The notes: generated by a model from the sequence alone, not told the origin. Counted from the stretch's first letter, positions 38,594-47,583 are shown. The stretch is DNA of 64,000 nt from Chloroflexota bacterium (GCA_009773005.1 WOUT01000002.1:10100-74099), one strand, 5' to 3'. Numbers and translations: made by a program.

Positions 38594-39952
38594 ATGTATC
38601 TTGCTACATTTACACTACATAGTTTAGATAAAGGCAGACACCTTATGGAAATGAATGAAATAAGTGATCATAAAACAGCCAACTGCATCGGTTTTCACTA
38701 TTTCCAGGACACAACGCATTATACAAATCGGGACTTGGCAACATGGCTTCCGGAATTATCCCGTCTTTCTGCCTCCTGGCTGATTCTCCTTTCAGACGCC
38801 ACGCGCGCCATCCCAGAGCAATTTATTGCAGGGTTGATCAATGCCAAAATCACTCCTATCGTCCATTTTCCCTTATGCCTCCCTGATTCTCCCACGCCTG
38901 CAAACCTCAAGGCCATACTGGAAGCGTACGCACGCTGGGGCATTAAGTTCGTTGTTTTCTTTGATAAACCCAACGATTCACTAAGTTGGTCAAATACCGG
39001 ATGGTCTCACCAGGACCTGGTTGAAAGATTTATTGACCAATTTTTGCCGCTGGCGCTTGAAGCTGCCCGCATTGGATTGACTCCAGTTTTTCCACCCCTT
39101 CAACCTGGCGGCAGCTATTGGGATACAACCTTTTTTAAAGCCGCCATTCAATCCCTGCAACGCCGTGGACAGCAAGCTCTGCTTAAAAAAATGGCGGTAG
39201 CTGTTTATGCCTACACATTCGGTCACGAATTAAGTTGGGGTTCAGGTGGTTCAGAAAAGTGGCCTCAGACAAAACCCTACAACACTCCACCTGATTCTCA
39301 AGACCAGCGCGGATTTAATAATTTCATCTGGATCCAATCCATCGCAAAGGCTCTTGGAATTAAGAATTTGCCAGTTATCTTGTTTGGTGCAGGAATAAAA
39401 GACACCAAGTCCTTCTATTCACCGGAAGTTCACGCTGAGATCGTCCAATCCATGATCAAACTGGTTCACGACGATGCTTCCTCCATCCTCGCATGCAATT
39501 TTTGGGTGCTTGCTGCAGAACCCGCTTCAGAGGAATACTCGCAAGCTTGGATCAAAACAAACGAAGAGACTCTGCCTGTCGTCAGAATATTAGCCCCTGC
39601 AGGTGAATCTAAAAAAGAATTTTCGAATCATCTGAGAGAATCAAAAGAAACTACCTTCGAATCAAAATCAACGGATGAGTCTCACCCGATCGCACACTAC
39701 CTCTTGCTGCCAACTTACGAATGGGGCGTTGCTGATTGGCATTTGGATGTGATCCGGCCATTTATTCGGAAGTATCAACCGACGGTAGGGTTTTCAATGG
39801 AAGAAGCCATTTTAGCTAAAAAGGTAACCGTAATCGGCGGTGAGAAATCTTTCTCTGCGGAAGTCACTGCTACTTTAAGAGAAGCAGGTTGTTTGGTTGA
39901 TCAAATCATCGGAGATGGTACAAGTATTGCAACACAACTGATTGAGAGGTGA
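38594..39952 (+). CDS. Hypothetical protein translationally coupled to ftsZ
   Basis: 452 aa with no signal peptide or TM helix. The alternating pattern suggests an alpha/beta barrel-like N-terminal part and a ~90-aa C-terminal domain (HYLLLPTYEWGVADWHLD...). The start is uncertain (38594, 38645 or 38651). The ftsZ SD (GAGGTGA) lies inside its last codons. Confidence 0.65.
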   Translation: MYLATFTLHSLDKGRHLMEMNEISDHKTANCIGFHYFQDTTHYTNRDLATWLPELSRLSASWLILLSDATRAIPEQFIAGLINAKITPIVHFPLCLPDSPTPANLKAILEAYARWGIKFVVFFDKPNDSLSWSNTGWSHQDLVERFIDQFLPLALEAARIGLTPVFPPLQPGGSYWDTTFFKAAIQSLQRRGQQALLKKMAVAVYAYTFGHELSWGSGGSEKWPQTKPYNTPPDSQDQRGFNNFIWIQSIAKALGIKNLPVILFGAGIKDTKSFYSPEVHAEIVQSMIKLVHDDASSILACNFWVLAAEPASEEYSQAWIKTNEETLPVVRILAPAGESKKEFSNHLRESKETTFESKSTDESHPIAHYLLLPTYEWGVADWHLDVIRPFIRKYQPTVGFSMEEAILAKKVTVIGGEKSFSAEVTATLREAGCLVDQIIGDGTSIATQLIER

Positions 39953-39955
39953 CCT

Positions 39956-41122
39956 ATGAATATCACATTACCGAGAACCCCCATAATCCATACTCCGATT
40001 ACCGCAAAACTTCCCGTCTTAAAAGTGGTAGGCTTGGGCGGTGGTGGTCAAAATGCCGTGGATCGCATGATCGAACTAGGACTCTCGGGAATCGATTTCA
40101 TCGCCGCCAATACGGATGCTCAGGTTCTTAAATCCAGTCTTGCTCCGGTTAAAATTCAACTCGGACCTAAACTGACACGTGGTTTAGGCGCAGGTGGTGA
40201 CCCAAGTGTGGGTGAAGCTGCTGCCGAAGAAAGTTACAAAGAACTTAATCAAGCTTTAGCCGGTGCTGACATGGTCTTCCTCGCCGCTGGCATGGGCGGC
40301 GGTACTGGCACAGGCGCCATTACGATTGCTGCCAGAGTCGCTAAAAAACTTGGCGCAGTTGTGATCGCCGTCGTCAGCTTACCATTTTCTTTTGAAGTTG
40401 GTCGTCGGCAGAAGAATGCCCGCGAGGGACTTACAAAATTGCAGCAGTACACAGATACGCTCATCAGTGTTCCAAACGACCGCCTTCTTCAATTTGCCCC
40501 TCGCGATCTGCCATTAGAAATGGCCTTTCGCATGGCAGATGATGTGCTGCGCCAGGGAATCCAGGGGATTTCTGAATTGATCACCCAGCCTGGTTTGATC
40601 AATGTCGATTTTGCCCATATCCGCAACTTGATGAAAAACGGCGGCGGTTCGCTGCTCGCCATTGGCACTGGTGAAGGAGAGAATAAAACCGTAAAGGCTT
40701 TAGAACATGCCCTTCATCACCCCATGCTGGAAACCATCAACATTGAAGACGCCAGCGGGATCATCGCCAATTTCACTGGCGGAAGCGACCTTTCATTTGT
40801 CGAAGTTATGGAAGCATTGAACTTCCTTAAGGAAAAGACCCATTTGCGAGCAGAGATCATTCCTGGCGTCATTTCAGACGAACGGATGGAAGATCGCGTG
40901 CAGGTGATCCTTGTTCTCACAGGGATAGGCGCGACTTCAATCGACTCACAACAAAAAGCCAACGAAATTACGGTCGCATCGACGACCAAATCTACAAAGC
41001 TCCCGGTTGGTGAACTGATCACCCTGCATTCCTTCACACCCTCACCGTTATCACAATTTGAATTGGTTGGTTCAACAACTGATCTGGATATTCCTGCTTT
41101 CTTGCGACGCAGGGTAAATTAA
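39956..41122 (+). CDS. ftsZ: Cell division GTPase FtsZ
   Basis: 388 aa. Contains GLGGGGQNAV, the GGGTGTGA signature and the conserved C-terminal peptide DLDIPAFLRRR. Confidence 0.95.
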   Translation: MNITLPRTPIIHTPITAKLPVLKVVGLGGGGQNAVDRMIELGLSGIDFIAANTDAQVLKSSLAPVKIQLGPKLTRGLGAGGDPSVGEAAAEESYKELNQALAGADMVFLAAGMGGGTGTGAITIAARVAKKLGAVVIAVVSLPFSFEVGRRQKNAREGLTKLQQYTDTLISVPNDRLLQFAPRDLPLEMAFRMADDVLRQGIQGISELITQPGLINVDFAHIRNLMKNGGGSLLAIGTGEGENKTVKALEHALHHPMLETINIEDASGIIANFTGGSDLSFVEVMEALNFLKEKTHLRAEIIPGVISDERMEDRVQVILVLTGIGATSIDSQQKANEITVASTTKSTKLPVGELITLHSFTPSPLSQFELVGSTTDLDIPAFLRRRVN

Positions 41123-41133
41123 GCGAGGAAAAT

Positions 41134-41352
41134 ATGGACGAAAGCGCCAAGAGTAATGTTTGTAGTGCAGTTTACCGCCAGTTCCCGGAATTGCGCGGGG
41201 AGAATCCTTCGGTAAAATCTATCCCCGGTGGCAAGTTCCAACTGATCTTTCATGGTAAAGCGCAAGCCGCTGATGGAAAAACCATCTCCAGAACTGTGAG
41301 GGTCACTGCCGATGAAAAAGGAAAAGTGTTGAAGCTTACGACTTCCAGATAG
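41134..41352 (+). CDS. Small hypothetical protein (72 aa) downstream of ftsZ
   Basis: GAGGA lies 5 nt upstream of the ATG, which starts 11 nt after the ftsZ stop. Soluble and basic. No family recognised. Confidence 0.55.
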   Translation: MDESAKSNVCSAVYRQFPELRGENPSVKSIPGGKFQLIFHGKAQAADGKTISRTVRVTADEKGKVLKLTTSR

Positions 41353-41361
41353 AGGTGCAAT

Positions 41362-41580
41362 ATGATGGGTCAATTAACAAAAATAATCGAATTGAAATTT
41401 TGGGATTTCATCATTCCTATGCTTTCAAACTCAATCTGGCTGCGCGTGGTTATAAAAAAACTCGTTTCTGTCTACCGCAATGAAAAACTTGTAAAACAGA
41501 TCGCAGCCGCTATCGTGATTGCCTGCGCCGGGTTTGCCAGTGGATTCCTGATCTTTTCTATCACTGCAATATTTGCATAA
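41362..41580 (+). CDS. Small hypothetical membrane protein (72 aa)
   Basis: GAGGTG lies 4 nt upstream of the ATG. C-terminal TM helix IAAAIVIACAGFASGFLIFSITAIFA. Followed directly by a strong terminator. Confidence 0.55.
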   Translation: MMGQLTKIIELKFWDFIIPMLSNSIWLRVVIKKLVSVYRNEKLVKQIAAAIVIACAGFASGFLIFSITAIFA

Positions 41581-41588
41581 CTACACAC

Positions 41589-41614
41589 ACGACGCCTTGA
41601 GCGTCGTTTTTTTT
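41589..41614 (+). terminator. Rho-independent terminator ending the ftsZ transcription unit
   Basis: acgacgc (41589-41595) pairs with gcgtcgt (41601-41607) across a 5-nt loop, followed by T7. Confidence 0.85.
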
Positions 41615-41712
41615 GATATTCGTTTCCGAAACATGAAAAAAGGCTGATGGTACAATAATAATAGTTTGTAACCGTTCATCATAGATGACGTAAATCAAGA
41701 GTATAAAAATCA

Positions 41713-42417
41713 ATGAAAAAAATCGTTCTCATTTTTGTCATACTCTTATTTTTTGTTTGCGCGTACTTTGGATTTAATGCCGCGGCAAAAATACTCCCAG
41801 GTTCAGATAACTCACAAACGAATACTCAAACTGATATCGCCATTCCTTCGTCGCAGCGAAATTATTTACTTATCCATGTAACCGACAATACAGTCGAAGA
41901 ACCTGAATTGGTCTCGGTATGGGTTGCATTCGTCTATTACTCAACTCCCCCGCAACTGATGTTCATGCCCCTTTACCCTTCGTATGATCCAAAGATCCAG
42001 ACAAATTTGAGTCAAAGTTTTCAATTCACTACCGATAAAAATATCTCTACAAAGTTCATCAAACAGATCGAGCAAGCCTACAACATTAAAACTTCTGGTT
42101 ATGTGCTTTCTGATAATCTGGGTGTAAGTTACTCTAATTTGTGGCTCACCGGGCAGGAAACACAAGTGTCGACAGGTGTTGCTATGACGGATGAGGAAAA
42201 GCATATTATTCGTGTAAATGGTCAAACAGCATATCAGCAGTTATGCCTGTTATTTTTATCTGGCGCCAGTAACTCGTATTTTTCATCCATCAATTGGTCA
42301 CTCCTCCTTCCGGATCACTTTTCAACCAACCTCCCATTTGAGACCATTGCCCTCACAACTGACCAGATCATTCGTGCCACATCCATCACTCAATGTGATG
42401 TCCTTTCAAGTGAATGA
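41713..42417 (+). CDS. Hypothetical membrane-anchored protein (faint, degenerate LCP-like pattern)
   Basis: 234 aa with an N-terminal TM helix. The segment NYLLIHVTD...VSVWVAFVYY...LMFMPLYPS loosely recalls the LytR-CpsA-Psr N-terminal strands, without the conserved Arg residues. Confidence 0.55.
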   Translation: MKKIVLIFVILLFFVCAYFGFNAAAKILPGSDNSQTNTQTDIAIPSSQRNYLLIHVTDNTVEEPELVSVWVAFVYYSTPPQLMFMPLYPSYDPKIQTNLSQSFQFTTDKNISTKFIKQIEQAYNIKTSGYVLSDNLGVSYSNLWLTGQETQVSTGVAMTDEEKHIIRVNGQTAYQQLCLLFLSGASNSYFSSINWSLLLPDHFSTNLPFETIALTTDQIIRATSITQCDVLSSE

Positions 42418-42482
42418 AAATCATAGAAATTCCAGATCATTTTGATTTTTCGAACCACAGATTCTGAGGATCGGAGACTAAA

Positions 42483-43514
42483 ATGAAAAGAATTTCACGA
42501 AGAGATTTTTTACGCACAGCTGGGATTGGTTTGACTTCAATTGTCGCCCAGCAATTCTTGAGTGCGTGCGGTGTCAGACCAAGTGAAGACAATCCCATGC
42601 CTACTGCACCAAATGAAGTTAATTTTTTACAAACAGCAACACCTTTTTCCCCTATTCAAGACCAATCCACTTCTACCAGCGTCCCAACAACCGAGACGCC
42701 TTATCCATATCTGGTCGTCTCCCGCGGCACCCAACCTGAGGAAATGGTAAGGCAGGGGGTTAAAGTCCTGGGCGGGATGGAGCGCTTTATGAAACCTGGC
42801 GCTGACGTTATCATTAAACCGAATATTTGTGTGCCCTACAATTCATATGAATATGCCGCCACTACGAACCCGTGGGTTGTAGGTGCTCTCGTCAAAATCT
42901 GCCTGGAAGCAGGCGCAAAACGGGTGCGTGTAATGGATTATCCCTTTGGCGGATCTGGAGAAGAGTGTTACCGGACAAGCGGGATTGAAGAACAGGTAAC
43001 GGCCGCAGGTGGAAGCATGGAAGTGATGCACCCTATAAAATATGTTGATAAGCAGATCATAGGTGCATTAAGACTAAAAAAGGTTGCAGTTTATCAAGAC
43101 ATATTAAATGCTGATCTCTTGATCAATGTGCCAATCGCAAAAGATCATGGGCTTGCAAGATTAACTCTTGGATTAAAAAACCTAATGGGGACGATCCAAA
43201 AGCGAGAAAAAATTCACGTTTCCTTTGAAAGTTCTTTGGTTGACCTGGCAACTCTTGTGCGTCCCCAGTTAACCATTATCGACGCCATTCGAACTCTTAT
43301 GGCTAACGGCCCTACAGGCGGCAGTCTCTCAGATGTGAAAATTCAAAATACCCTAATCATTTCTCCGGATATTGTTGCAGCGGATAGTTATGCCACCAGT
43401 TTGTTTGGCATGACACCACATCACATCCCGTATATTATCAAAGCTGCCGAGCGTGGTTTGGGCAAAGCAGATCTTTCCGGCCTGAAAATTCAAGAAATTA
43501 ATGCCAATGCCTGA
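42483..43514 (+). CDS. Tat-signal DUF362 domain protein
   Basis: 343 aa. SRRDFLRTAGIGLTSIVAQQFLSAC (twin-arginine signal, possible lipobox). The body IIKPNICVPY...INVPIAKDHGLARLTLGLKNLMG fits the DUF362 pattern. Confidence 0.75.
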   Translation: MKRISRRDFLRTAGIGLTSIVAQQFLSACGVRPSEDNPMPTAPNEVNFLQTATPFSPIQDQSTSTSVPTTETPYPYLVVSRGTQPEEMVRQGVKVLGGMERFMKPGADVIIKPNICVPYNSYEYAATTNPWVVGALVKICLEAGAKRVRVMDYPFGGSGEECYRTSGIEEQVTAAGGSMEVMHPIKYVDKQIIGALRLKKVAVYQDILNADLLINVPIAKDHGLARLTLGLKNLMGTIQKREKIHVSFESSLVDLATLVRPQLTIIDAIRTLMANGPTGGSLSDVKIQNTLIISPDIVAADSYATSLFGMTPHHIPYIIKAAERGLGKADLSGLKIQEINANA

Positions 43515-45054
43515 ACCCTTACCGGTCAAGTCAAAAACCCCAAGAGCTCATTCAAATAAATGGGTGTTGGTTCGAAAACTAACCCAGACGGTTTCATTAA
43601 TTCTCTTTATTCTTACGTTACTCTTTAGCAGGTCATCCGGGTTAATTCCAGACCTTGTTAAACTTCCCATTCGGCTCAGCCCTTTAGCAATGTTCTCAGA
43701 ATTGCTCAGCAGTAAAACTTTATTGTTGGGTTCAACCCTTTCCTTAATCGTTTTTCTGTCAAGCCTAGTTGTCGGGCGGGCTTGGTGTGGATGGCTGTGC
43801 CCTCTAGGAACAATACTTGATATTTTTGCTTTTTCAAAAAAGAAAAGTCTAAAAGAACCAATGCAGGTCCTTCGCAATATTAAATACGGACTGCTATTCA
43901 TAACTATACTTTCAGCCCTCTTCGGCAATTTGACTCTTTTGTTTTTCGACCCTATCACGATTTTCATCCGTTCATCAACCATGGCAGTTTTACCGGTGAT
44001 TGATAAAATGATCTATTCACTTGAAAAACTGCTTATCAAAATCCCATTCATGGCTGAACCGGTGTTTACTTTTGACGCGTGGCTTCGTCCGTTGATCTTT
44101 CCGGTCGAATCCTCCTCGTATCAATATGCTTTATTGTGGGGCTCCTTTTTTATAGCAATAGTCCTATTAAATGTGGTCGTTGAACGGTTCTGGTGCAGAT
44201 ATTTGTGTCCATTAGGCGCCATGTTAGGTCTCCCCTCAAAGCTTTCGCTAGTTCAACGCCGCGTCAAATCAACTTGCGCTGAATGCGGTGTATGCAAAAA
44301 TGATTGTCCGACCGGTACAATCGATTCGCAGAACAATTACCGAAGTGACCCGTCTGAATGCACAATGTGCATGAATTGCCTTGAAGGCTGTCAAAAGAAT
44401 TCACTTTCATTTTCGCCAAAATGGCAGCCAGCTCCATTCCAATCATATGATCCCAATCGCCGCCTTTTCTTGAGTTCGCTTGGGGTTTCTGTTCTAGCAG
44501 TCGCACTTCTTAGCATTGATTGGATCAAAAAACACCCCAAGAGTTTCTTCCTTCGACCACCTGGTGTAATTGATAATGAGGATTTTCTCTCGAAATGCGT
44601 GCGCTGCGGAGTGTGCATAAAGGTTTGTCCGACACAAGCCCTGCAAGCTGACGCAAACCTGTCGGGGTTGGAAGGTTTTGGGACGCCGATTTTGATTCCA
44701 AGAATCGGCTTTTGTGCGTTTTCATGCAATGCCTGTGGGCAGCATTGTCCGGTTGAAGCGATCCCTCCGCTACTGTTGGCAGAAAAACGGGTAACTAAAT
44801 TAGGTCACGCGTACATAGATCAAAATCGCTGTTTGGCGTGGTCAGACCATCTCACCTGCATCGTCTGTGAAGAGATGTGCCCAATCCCACAAAAAGCCAT
44901 ATCCCTCGAATCAGGCAGTTTTAGCGATCTGGAAGGTAGAGAATTAGAAGTTCAGCTCCCTATTGTGGATCGTGAAAAATGTATCGGCTGCGGTATTTGT
45001 GAAAACAAATGCCCGGTAACAGGCGAAGCGGCAATTCGCGTCTACACGCTCTAA
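43501..45054 (+). CDS. Membrane polyferredoxin: NapH/MauN-like N-terminal half fused to a NapG-like multi-[4Fe-4S] C-terminal half
   Basis: 517 aa. Two GRAWCGWLCPLG / RFWCRYLCPLG motifs in a polytopic region. Cys clusters: CAECGVCKNDCP, CTMCMNCLEGC, CVRCGVCIKVCP, CNACGQHCP, CIVCEEMCP, CIGCGICENKCP. Overlaps the DUF362 stop by 14 nt. Confidence 0.8.
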   Translation: MPMPEPLPVKSKTPRAHSNKWVLVRKLTQTVSLILFILTLLFSRSSGLIPDLVKLPIRLSPLAMFSELLSSKTLLLGSTLSLIVFLSSLVVGRAWCGWLCPLGTILDIFAFSKKKSLKEPMQVLRNIKYGLLFITILSALFGNLTLLFFDPITIFIRSSTMAVLPVIDKMIYSLEKLLIKIPFMAEPVFTFDAWLRPLIFPVESSSYQYALLWGSFFIAIVLLNVVVERFWCRYLCPLGAMLGLPSKLSLVQRRVKSTCAECGVCKNDCPTGTIDSQNNYRSDPSECTMCMNCLEGCQKNSLSFSPKWQPAPFQSYDPNRRLFLSSLGVSVLAVALLSIDWIKKHPKSFFLRPPGVIDNEDFLSKCVRCGVCIKVCPTQALQADANLSGLEGFGTPILIPRIGFCAFSCNACGQHCPVEAIPPLLLAEKRVTKLGHAYIDQNRCLAWSDHLTCIVCEEMCPIPQKAISLESGSFSDLEGRELEVQLPIVDREKCIGCGICENKCPVTGEAAIRVYTL

Positions 45055-45082
45055 TTTCGAAGATTTTCGTATAACTAACGAT

Positions 45083-45096
45083 TTCCTCATGAGGAA
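45083..45096. promoter_or_regulatory. Perfect 14-bp palindrome upstream of slyD (possible operator)
   Basis: TTCCTCATGAGGAA at 45083-45096, about 30 nt upstream of the putative extended -10. Confidence 0.3.
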
Positions 45097-45125
45097 TCAT
45101 GATTATAAAATTTTTAATGAGGTTA

Positions 45126-45134
45126 TGATATAAT
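45126..45134 (+). promoter_or_regulatory. Extended -10 promoter element for slyD
   Basis: TGaTATAAT at 45126-45134, about 37 nt upstream of the TTG start. The -35 is weak. Confidence 0.4.
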
Positions 45135-45170
45135 GTTCGGTCGATATTTATTTTCAGAAAGAGAGAACAC

Positions 45171-45737
45171 TTGAGCACAAAACCGAACCTAAATAAAGTT
45201 GAAAAAGACCTCGTTATCAGTATGGATTATGAGTTATCCGTAGAAGGCGATGTAATTGATTACTCCGAACCCAACGATCCTCTTGAATTCGTCCAGGGGC
45301 ATGGCAATATCATACAGGGTCTCGAGGAAGCCATTGATGGGATGGCAACAGGCGATTCGAAAGAAGTTTTCGTTAAAGCCATCGATGCATATGGCGAATA
45401 CGATGCTGATGGATTTGTTGAAGTTCCAAAAGCCGAATTTCCGGAAGATATCCCGATGGAAGTTGGCATCGAGATCAGTGTCAATAATGACGACGGGGAA
45501 GAAATGGCTGCATTCATCGAAGAAGTCAGCCTTGAAGCTGTTACACTAAATTTCAACCATCCCCTCGCTGGCAAAGATCTAACCTTTAAAGTCAAAATCG
45601 TTGGCATCCGTGAAGCCACAGTTGAAGAACTTGAGCATGGTCACGTCCATTTTGAAGATCATGATTGTTGCTGCGAAGATGGCGAATGCGCCAGCGAAGG
45701 TGGTGAATGCACTTGCGGAGAGAATGAAAAAGAGTAA
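45171..45737 (+). CDS. slyD: FKBP-type peptidyl-prolyl isomerase SlyD with a Cys/His/acidic metal-binding tail
   Basis: 188 aa, TTG start. Contains KDLVISMDYELSV...FVQGHGNIIQGLEEAIDGM...NHPLAGKDLTFKVKIVGIREAT.EELEHGHVH and the tail FEDHDCCCEDGECASEGGECTCGENEKE. Confidence 0.85.
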   Translation: MSTKPNLNKVEKDLVISMDYELSVEGDVIDYSEPNDPLEFVQGHGNIIQGLEEAIDGMATGDSKEVFVKAIDAYGEYDADGFVEVPKAEFPEDIPMEVGIEISVNNDDGEEMAAFIEEVSLEAVTLNFNHPLAGKDLTFKVKIVGIREATVEELEHGHVHFEDHDCCCEDGECASEGGECTCGENEKE

Positions 45738-45742
45738 TTGAC

Positions 45743-45772
45743 AAAAGGTTACCCAAAAGGTAACTTTTTTTT
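45743..45772. terminator. Bidirectional terminator between slyD and the MBL hydrolase gene
   Basis: aaaaggttacc (45743-45753) pairs with ggtaacttttt (45759-45769) across a 5-nt loop. T-run on the plus strand, A-run on the other side. Confidence 0.7.
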
Positions 45773-45778
45773 ATCTTT

Positions 45779-46570
45779 TTATCGTGGGTAATGAAAGACA
45801 TCACCAGGTTGAAGCCATTTAACTTTTTGTCCCGTAAAGTGTTTTGTAATATGATTGTTTACAATCTCAGGGTCCAGCCGGTTGATCTTGAACAAGTCGT
45901 TGTGCATGGGGATCAAGAAATTGGCACCCAAAGAATGTGCCAATTTCGCCGCTTCTTCCGGTTGTAAATTGCCAATGATCCCCAAAGCCTCCCGTTTTTC
46001 GTCCCTGCCATTCACAGGTAGGCAGGCAATATCGATATGAGAAGCTGCATGTCTTAAAGTTCTTAACAAACCATCATATAGAACTGTGTCACCGGAATGG
46101 TATATCACCACGCCCTCGAACTCAATGACATATCCAAAATAAGGACTTTCTCCGGTCTCTGGATTCAGGTCAAGCAGGTAATGGGCCGATGGAATCGCAG
46201 AATAGGATAATGAGCCTTCCTTCTGACCCATTCCCACAGGTGGAACACACAATCGCTTATGAGAAATTCCTAACTTTATTAATACGTTGAAAACAGTGTA
46301 TGGACAGATAACTTTGCATTTCGGGTTGTTCATCAATAGTGGTATTAGTGTTGTTGGATCGCAATGGTCAGCGTGGTCGTGTGTGATGAAGGCAGTATCA
46401 ATATCGCACAACTTGTCAGTCTGGATCGGAGCCGGGAATTCTCGCGAAAATAATTTTGCATTACCGATCCCGCTGTCAACCACAAAATTACTCAAATAAG
46501 GATCAATAATGAATCGGGTTCCATTTCCCTCGATCAAAAAACCTGCTTGACCTAAAAACATGATTTTCAT
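45779..46570 (-). CDS. MBL-fold metallo-hydrolase
   Basis: 263 aa. Contains the HDHADHCD (HxHxDH) motif. Confidence 0.8.
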   Translation of the reverse strand: MKIMFLGQAGFLIEGNGTRFIIDPYLSNFVVDSGIGNAKLFSREFPAPIQTDKLCDIDTAFITHDHADHCDPTTLIPLLMNNPKCKVICPYTVFNVLIKLGISHKRLCVPPVGMGQKEGSLSYSAIPSAHYLLDLNPETGESPYFGYVIEFEGVVIYHSGDTVLYDGLLRTLRHAASHIDIACLPVNGRDEKREALGIIGNLQPEEAAKLAHSLGANFLIPMHNDLFKINRLDPEIVNNHITKHFTGQKVKWLQPGDVFHYPR

Positions 46571-46734
46571 AATCTCTCTCTGGTATGCTGAATTTGATGA
46601 TTTGCTCAGTTCAGCAGATTTGAAAGCAAATTGTTATAGATCAGGCGCATACTATAGAAATTATATATTTTTCCAGTAATAGCAATATAATATTGTTAGG
46701 TAGCATTAAAATCTTTTAATGATAATGAGGGAAA

Positions 46735-47583
46735 ATGACTATAAAAATTGTTACCGACAGCACCTGTGACCTTCCTCAGGATGTGATTGAAAAATATGAT
46801 ATTACCGTAATTCCTTCCTATATCAATTTTACCGATGGCAGTTATCTTGATGGCGTTGAGATAACACGCAAAGAATTTTACGAAAAACTACCGCACTGTG
46901 AAACACCCCCAACCACATCGGCGCCTGCGATGGGAACTTTTGCACGTGTCTATAAGGACCTCTCTGAAAAAGGTGCAACCGCGATCCTTTCCATCCACCT
47001 CGCTTCAACATTGAGCGGTATTTACAATGTTGCAGTACTCGCTGCTGAAGCGGTCGAGAACCTGGTTGTGAAAACATTTGACAGCGGAAATTTGAGTCTG
47101 GGCACTGGTGTTGTAGTAGAAGCCGCAGCAAAAATGGCTCAAGCAGGAAAACCTATCGATGAGATCATGGACAAGATCAAGGATGTTGCAGAACGAACTT
47201 ATACTATAGCAGCCCTGGACACTTTAAAGTATCTTCGCCGAAGCGGCCGAGTTTCTCGTATCAAAGAAGGACTAGGCAGTCTGCTATCCATCAAGCCTCT
47301 GCTAAGGATACACCGCGATAAGATAGACATGGAAACCGCACGCACGCACCGAGGTGCTCTCCAGCGGCTGATACAAATCCTAAAATCGCTTGGACCTTTA
47401 GAAAAATTAGCCTTTGTGCACTCCAACGCACCTGAAAGAGCAGAGAGTCTGTGGAAGGAAGCCGCACCTTTTTATGCTGGTAGTACAAAACCTTGGTCAG
47501 TCGACGTCACACCCTTGATCGGTTCACATATTGGACCGGGCGCCGTGGGCTTCGTTGCGGTTACCGCGTCAGTTCAAAAATAA
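46735..47583 (+). CDS. DegV family fatty-acid-binding protein
   Basis: 282 aa. Contains IKIVTDSTCDLPQDVIEKYDITVIP and HLASTLSGIYN. Confidence 0.85.
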   Translation: MTIKIVTDSTCDLPQDVIEKYDITVIPSYINFTDGSYLDGVEITRKEFYEKLPHCETPPTTSAPAMGTFARVYKDLSEKGATAILSIHLASTLSGIYNVAVLAAEAVENLVVKTFDSGNLSLGTGVVVEAAAKMAQAGKPIDEIMDKIKDVAERTYTIAALDTLKYLRRSGRVSRIKEGLGSLLSIKPLLRIHRDKIDMETARTHRGALQRLIQILKSLGPLEKLAFVHSNAPERAESLWKEAAPFYAGSTKPWSVDVTPLIGSHIGPGAVGFVAVTASVQK

